A DNA stretch of 64,000 nt. It comes from the human T2T-CHM13v2.0 reference genome, Homo sapiens. This document shows positions 56,960 to 64,000 of the stretch, one piece after another. Each line of letters opens with the position of its first letter. Position 1 is the stretch's first letter. The notes beneath the pieces were generated by a model, which ran no database searches, was not told the origin of the DNA, and was given only the letters and a program-made list of their open reading frames with translations. The DNA lies in the NCBI RefSeq assembly GCF_009914755.1, contig NC_060930.1, one strand, 5' to 3'. The position numbers and the translations under genes were made by a program.

Positions 56960-57340
56960 CACCATTTATCATTAATATAACAAATGCTTATTAAGTATCT
57001 TTATGTACTATCATGCTTCTCATCACAGAGTTTATAATTTGGTTGAGAAAACAATAAATAGGCAAATAAGTAAACATGTAAAATATTGGGAAGGATGCTT
57101 TGAGATGAGCTGGGTCTACTTTATATTGCCTTGTCACTGAAGTCCTCTCTGTGAGAATGATTTTTGTGTTGAGACCTAAAAGATGAGAAGATGCCAGTTA
57201 TGTGTAGAATATCATGAAGTGTTCTCATGTATAGGGAATAGCATCTACAAGGGCCTTACCTATGAAAAGAAGTATTTGTGTTCAAGAAACTGAAGGAAAA
57301 CCAATTTCATTAGACCATAGTGAGCAAAGGGAGCAATAAT
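56960..57340 (-). mobile_element. L2 fragment
   Basis: aacaaatgcttattaagt...cctctctgtgagaatgatttttgtgttgagacctaaaagatgagaag. Confidence 0.6.
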
Positions 57341-58554
57341 GGAACCCAAATCCCTCACTTACCTCTTATACTTTTGCATAAGGAATAATTTCTCAAAGCT
57401 TAATTCCCTCCTTCCTTTTCACAAAATTAGGTGAAATTGACGTAACATAAAATTAATTATTTTAAAGTGAACAGTGATGTGGAATTTAGTATCTTCACAA
57501 TGTTGTGTAGCCATCACATTTATCTCATTCTAAAACATTTTTATCACCCCAAAAGAAAGTCCTGGGCCCTTTAAGCAGTTATTTTCCATTACCCTATAGT
57601 GAATATTTTATACAAATGGAATCATATAATATGTGATGTTTTGTGTCTGCCTTCTTTCACTCAGAATAATGTTCTCCAGATTTATCCATATTATAGTACA
57701 TGTCAGCTCTTTATTATTTTTTATGGATGAATAATATTTCATTATATGTATATATCAAAATTTGTTTCTCCATTTATCCATTGATGAACATTTGTGCTGT
57801 TTCCACCCTTTGGTTACTATGAATAATTCTGTTTTGACCACGCATGTACATGTAGTTATTGAATACCTGTTTTTAATTCTTCTGGACATATACCTAGAAA
57901 TGGAATTGGTGGACATATGGTAATTCTATGTTCAGCTTTTTGAAGAACTGCCAAAATGTTTTCTACAGTTGGCTGAACCACTTTACATTAGCACCGCAAT
58001 GTATGAAGTTTCCAATTTTTCCATTTCCTCACCAACACTTTTTATTTTCCACTTTTATTTTTATGTTAACCATCTCAGAGAGTTTAAAGTGGTATCTCAT
58101 TGTGGTTCTGATTTGTATTTCTCTGATAAATAATGGTGTTGTGGCTCTTTTAATTTGCTTATTGGCTATTTGTATATCTTTGGAGAAATTTGTACATTTA
58201 AGTCTTGTGCCATTTTAAACTTAGATTGTTTTATCTTTGTCGTTGGGATATAGTTGTTCCTTTTGTATTCTGGATATTAGAACTATATCAGATATATGAT
58301 TTGCAAATATTCTTTTTTTCTAGTATAGATTGCCTTTTCACCTTCTTGATAATATCCTTTAGTGAACAATATTTTTAAATTCTGGTGAAGTCCAATGTAT
58401 TTTTCTTGTGCTTTTGGTGTCATATCTAAGAATTCATCGACAAACTCACTGTCATGAAGATTTGTCTCTTCTGAGTTTTGTATTTTTATCTCTTATGTAT
58501 AGCTCATTGATTCATTGTGACTTAATTTTCATATATAGGGTGTGAGTAGTGGTC

Positions 58555-58982
58555 TGATATGATTTGGATGTTTTGTCTTCTACAAATCTCACATTGAAAT
58601 GTGACCTCTGATGTTGGAGGTGACCCTAGTGGGATATGTTTGGGTCATGGTGGTAGATCCCTCATGAATGGCTTGGTGTTGCCCTCATGGTAATGAGTGA
58701 GTTCTCACTCTGTGAGTTCATGTGAGATCTGGTTGTTTGAAAGAGCCTAGCACATTCTCCCTCTTTCTCTTTCTCTCCCTCTCTCCATGTGATATATCAG
58801 CTCCCCCTTTGCATTTTGCCATAATTGTAAGCTCCTTGAGCCTCACCAGAAGATGAGCAAATGCTGATTCTGTCCTTCCTATACAGCTTGCAGAACTGTG
58901 AGCCAATTCTCTTTAAAAAAAACAACAACCCAGTTTTAGCTACTTAGCTATTACTTTATAGCAACAAAAATGAACTAATACA
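58555..58982 (+). mobile_element. MSTB-like MaLR solo LTR
   Basis: tgatatgatttgg...aactaataca; exact TSD tggtc on both sides. Confidence 0.9.
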
Positions 58983-59236
58983 TGGTCCAACGTTATTTTT
59001 ATTTTTTATTTGGCTATCCAGTTATGGCAGCACCATTTCTTGAGAAGACTGTCCTTTCCCCATTGAATGATCTTGGCACCCTTATTGAGAATTAAGTGAC
59101 CGTAGCCATATGGGTTTATTTCCAGACTAAATAATATTCTGTTGGTCTATGTGTCAGTCTTCATGACAGTACTGTACTATTTTGATCATGGTAGCTTTGT
59201 AGTAAGTTTTGAAATTGGGAAGTGTTAATCCTCCAA

Positions 59237-59572
59237 TACTTTGGGATAAATTATGTTCCTGCCAAATTCATATGTTGAAGCCCTAACCCACGATGTGATA
59301 GTATTTGGAAATGGGGCTTTTGTAAGGTAATTAAATTAGGATAAGATCATGAGGGTAGGTTCCTCATGATGGGCATAGTGCCCTTACAAGAAGAGATGCT
59401 AGAGGACTTGCTCTTCCCCTTCACCTGCAATGTGAGGATACAGTGAGATGGCAGCAAGAAGAGAGCCCTCATCAAAACTTGACGATACTGCACCTTGAAG
59501 TTGGACTTCCAACTTCTGGAACTATGAGAAAATAAATTACTGTATCTTGTTGTGGCAGCCTGAGCTAAAACA
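59237..59572 (+). mobile_element. MLT1A-like MaLR solo LTR
   Basis: aaattcatatgttgaagccctaaccc...gcagcctgagctaaaaca; exact TSD tccaa on both sides. Confidence 0.88.
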
Positions 59573-62500
59573 TCCAATTTTTCTCTTCCTTATCAAGACT
59601 GTAATTTGCTATACAGGACCCTTTGTAATTCTATGAGAATGTGAGGATTAACATTTCAATTTTTACATAAAAAGATCATTGGAATTTTGATAAGGATTGT
59701 GTTGAATCTGTAAATTGCTTTGTCGTTGAAACAATATTATGTCTCTAACCCATAGACACATCCATGAATATCTTTCTATTTACTTAGGTCTATTTACTTA
59801 ATTTATTTCTAACAATGATTTGTAGTTTTCAGCATTCAAGTCTTTTAACTCTTTGGTTAAATTCACTCCTAGGTATTTTATTTTTTGAATGCTATTATAA
59901 ATGGAGATTTTTTTACTTACTTTTTGGATTGTTCATTGCTGGTATGTAGGAACATGACTGATATTAGTATGTTTACCTTTTACCTTGAAGTTTTGTTGAA
60001 TTAGTTTATTAACTCTAGTAGGTTTTTTTGTGTAGATTATTTGGGACTTTCTGTACCAAGGATTATGTAATCTGTGAAAGAGAGTTTTACTTCCTTATTT
60101 CTATTTTGAATGTATTTCTTTTTAATAAGTAGAAGATGATTCACTCTTTCTCATGAGATATTTGTGAGAAATGTAACACAACATTTACTTAGGTACTGGG
60201 AGACACTTTTCATCTCCCAGAACCTAAGTAAGGCTTGTGTGACATTGCAAAGACATATAACAAGCAAATACTGGTCAAGAGTACTGTAAATGTGGAGAAT
60301 GTGGAGCTATGAAGAATGTAAATTAATAAAACTTTCCAAAAGACTAATATATAAGCATAGTACTGACCAGTAGTTCTATTATCAGGACATACACTAAGGA
60401 AATAATTGAAATTTTGAGATGGTTTATATATTGTATATAATGCTCATTTCAGCATTGTTTCTAATGATAGATATTAAAGCAACAACCAAGAAGTTTAACA
60501 GATGATTGTTAAATAGGTTGTTAATTGATCTTAAGACATTATACTGTATAATCATGAAAATGTTTGTTGTGGGTGTAGCATCCTATTTATATAAAAATGT
60601 TTGAAAGAGCTATTTCTTCTCCATTCTTCCCCTTCTCCTCCTCTTCTCTATATTCACGAATGGATGAATAATTAATTATATATGCCAAAATACTGTTAGT
60701 GGTTATCTCTGAGTAGTGGAATTAGTTACAACTTAATTTGCGACTTTTATAAGTCCTCACATCATCTGTACCTTATTATGCATGATTTTTAATAAGGAAA
60801 GAAACAGACATGTTATCTGAGAATATTTCACTAAAGAAAGCCATTTTCTCAAAATCTACACATTATCATTTTAAAACCATCAACTTTAAAAACTTTCTTA
60901 CCAGTGCACTTTATTTTATGTGCAGAAAAATTTTCTCTGTGGCCTTTATTGTGTTGAGTTAATTATGAAAGAGGTGAAAAAAAAGCGGGGGAGGGGAGAG
61001 AAAGGCTCCAGTCATTTATCTTGTATGTTTTATTTTTTGCTGGAGCTAAATCTGCTCTGAATGGTGCACTTAATGAAGGTTTTTGAAAAAAAGAATAATG
61101 GAAATAACCACAGCATTTAGCTTTAGGAACTCAAAAGGGACAAGGCTGATAGAAATGTCAGTGAACAAAATTCTTATATTTAACAATAGAAAACTGAGTC
61201 TATTTTAGCTTAAATGAATTACAATTGCAATTTAAAATTTGTTCAGTTTCTAAGAACAGAAGGTATTGAGGTAAGAAAACACTTCCTGGTTATAATGTCA
61301 CATTTTGAATTTGGAAATTTATAACTACTGAGAAAAGTAAATCTTCCTAGCATTTGTTTATAAATTTTTGGTTTAGACTTCTGGTTAAAAAAATTTACAA
61401 TTCTAGGTATTCTATTAAGAATGAGAATCCCTTTGAGTATTACTATTCTTAATTTTATCATTCTAATTCATCCTTAAAAATATTACAATTTCTTCTTATC
61501 TTAAAAATGTGAAACATTAATATACTTATGTAATTTATCTACTTTATTTGTTCTGAAGTTTAAGCATCTATGTTTCCTACATTTCTACAACCATTTCTAT
61601 AGTAACTTGTCAATATAGACATTAAGTAGTACTTAAATGAGAGGTATAAAATCTACAATATGTTTAACATGGCTGAGTTAACATTACTGGAAATCTTTGC
61701 ATTTTTATAATCTCCAGTATTCTATACTTAGCAATTTTTTGGCTATTTGAAATATAATTTATTCTGCCAAAAGTACATTAGAATGTAAATTAGTTAATAC
61801 TTTATCTTGTGTTAATGTGATATGTCAAAAATGAACAGTTTGAATCTATAAGACTGAAAAAATTACAGTGTGGCATAGTTTTTTTTTGCTTTGGTTTTCT
61901 AACTTTGAACTGACATGCAACAACTGTACCAACAGTAATGCTGGACCTATCTAAAACATCTGCATGCCAAAGTATGAATTTTCTCAAGTTCAAATTAGGA
62001 ACTATCCTCAGAGAATGGAGGCCTGCCAGGAGTGAAGCTTCTGCACTCTGGGAGCCAATAATGGAGCAATAAATGAAATAGAGAAAAAAACATAATATGT
62101 TGGGCTAATATTTTTCTTAATTGAACAAACACATGCTATTGAGTATTTGCTATTGCTAATAAAAGACTGTTATACATACACATTAATAAACTGCATTCAA
62201 GCATCATTCTGAAGAGGTTTATGCTCTGCAATTCTCAGTCTGATTTTCAGGATGGTGACTGGAAATATTGGTGAATCTCTCTCTTCTTAGAAATGTATAA
62301 AATGTTTACTATTGTTGTTATTGGTAAAGAATATATAATTATTGCTTAAAAATAATTAACTTTACATGAATAACATATACATTATGTTATACTTAAATAT
62401 ATACACTATATATTCATTCCAAAAAAATATTTCTCAATCATGTAACTGTGTGTTAGACACCCCACAGTACTGAAAAGCTAATGTTACCTCATGAGTATGC

Positions 62501-62661
62501 AGTTTGGTGGGAAAAAACACCCAAACATAAATAAATAAAGTAATTGAAATTGCTACAAATGAGTTTTTAATCTGGTGTACATTCTTGAGGAAACATCTGA
62601 GGGACAGAGCTAAAGAGAATAACAAAAAAAATTTATTTTTTTTTATTTTTCTAAGAAAAAT

Positions 62662-63107
<446 letters not shown>

Positions 63108-63129
63108 CTACCCATCTCAAAAGAGGACC

Positions 63130-64000
63130 TATTTAAGCACCTTGATTAGAAATGGCCTCTGTGAGGAGCAGGTGCTACATGAACTAAGACCTCAAAATAC
63201 TGAGAAGTAGCAGTCAAGCAAGTGTGGAGGGTTGTAAATATAGGGGACAGACATACAAATTCCAGAGATGGGAAAGAGATCAGCACTTGAACAGAGTTTC
63301 CAGGACCTAGTATATGGTAGGAAGAGTGGAAACAAGGAAGAAAGGGAATGTGCCTTTTACAGTAAGAAATAGCGGTTTTATTCTATGTGCGATAAAAATC
63401 CAGTAAAAATCTCATGTGGAAATGATATAGTTTGATATACATTTTTAAAAGTTGTTATGTGGAAACAGATTGACAGGTTCATGAGAGCGAGTTTGATCCA
63501 GATTGGCTTAATTCTGTATTTAGGATTTGTATTTCAGTGCGGAATCTCTTTGGGGTTTTCAGTCCAATCAACTTATGTAGACTTCCTTCCAGTATTCTTT
63601 GCATTGACAAATTAGGAGACTAGGCAATGGTGTAAGCAAGGGTTGCTAATAGCCAGGTTTTGAATAGTAACAATGAAGATGGAGATGAACAGATAAATTT
63701 TAGTTTTATTTTGAAGAAAAAATTGACGGGATTTTCTGATGTATTATATATGAGGTGTTATGTGTGAGGTTCAGCAAATGAAATAGTTCAAGAATGGTAC
63801 ATAATTTCTAGATCTAGTAACATGAAGGATACTCATACCATTTTCTGAGATAGGAGAAAATTGGGGGTAACTGAACTGAATCAATAATTTATATTTTATA
63901 CTTGTTAAGTATAAAAGTCTGTAACTTTTAAGGAATAAGCCATTTTTAAGCCTAGAGTGCAGACAGAGATCAGATTTTGAAAAATACATTTGGTGAACAT
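63130..64000 (-). mobile_element. L2 fragments
   Basis: ggcctctgtgaggagcaggtg...gaactaagacct; gatggagatgaacagataaattttag...; decayed. Confidence 0.55.

Larger units (their letters stand above)
57415..60125 (-). mobile_element. L1MB (MB3/4-like) 3' portion interrupted by two LTRs
   Basis: 3' end gtgaaattgacgtaacataaaattaa...cacaatgttgtg; colinear ORF2 remnant. Confidence 0.85.

Overview
Primate (human-like) AT-rich, CpG-poor genomic DNA that reads as intergenic sequence or the interior of a very long intron. I can support no intact protein-coding gene, tRNA, rRNA or prokaryote-type feature. The long ORFs in the track are L1 ORF1/ORF2 remnants, Alu/LTR read-throughs or chance frames. Much of the window is interspersed repeat: a full-length but inactivated L1PA4-like element (43082-49258, minus strand, 14-bp TSD), several older L1s, nine Alus, MaLR/ERV solo LTRs (several with exact 5-bp TSDs), Tigger/hAT/mariner DNA transposons, MIR, L2 and microsatellites. 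The most notable unexplained structure is a ~300-bp local inverted duplication at about 90% identity. Its left arm sits between polypyrimidine tracts and was later split by the L1 insertion (43006-43085 plus 49259-49489); its right arm is 50616-50942. The L1 antisense promoter points into the remaining ~230-bp hairpin. There is also a well-formed 20-nt microexon/recursive-splice candidate at 32535-32554. I see no convincing evidence of a new multi-gene system. Repeat subfamily names come from remembered consensus sequences and need RepeatMasker/Dfam confirmation; boundaries of the old elements are approximate.
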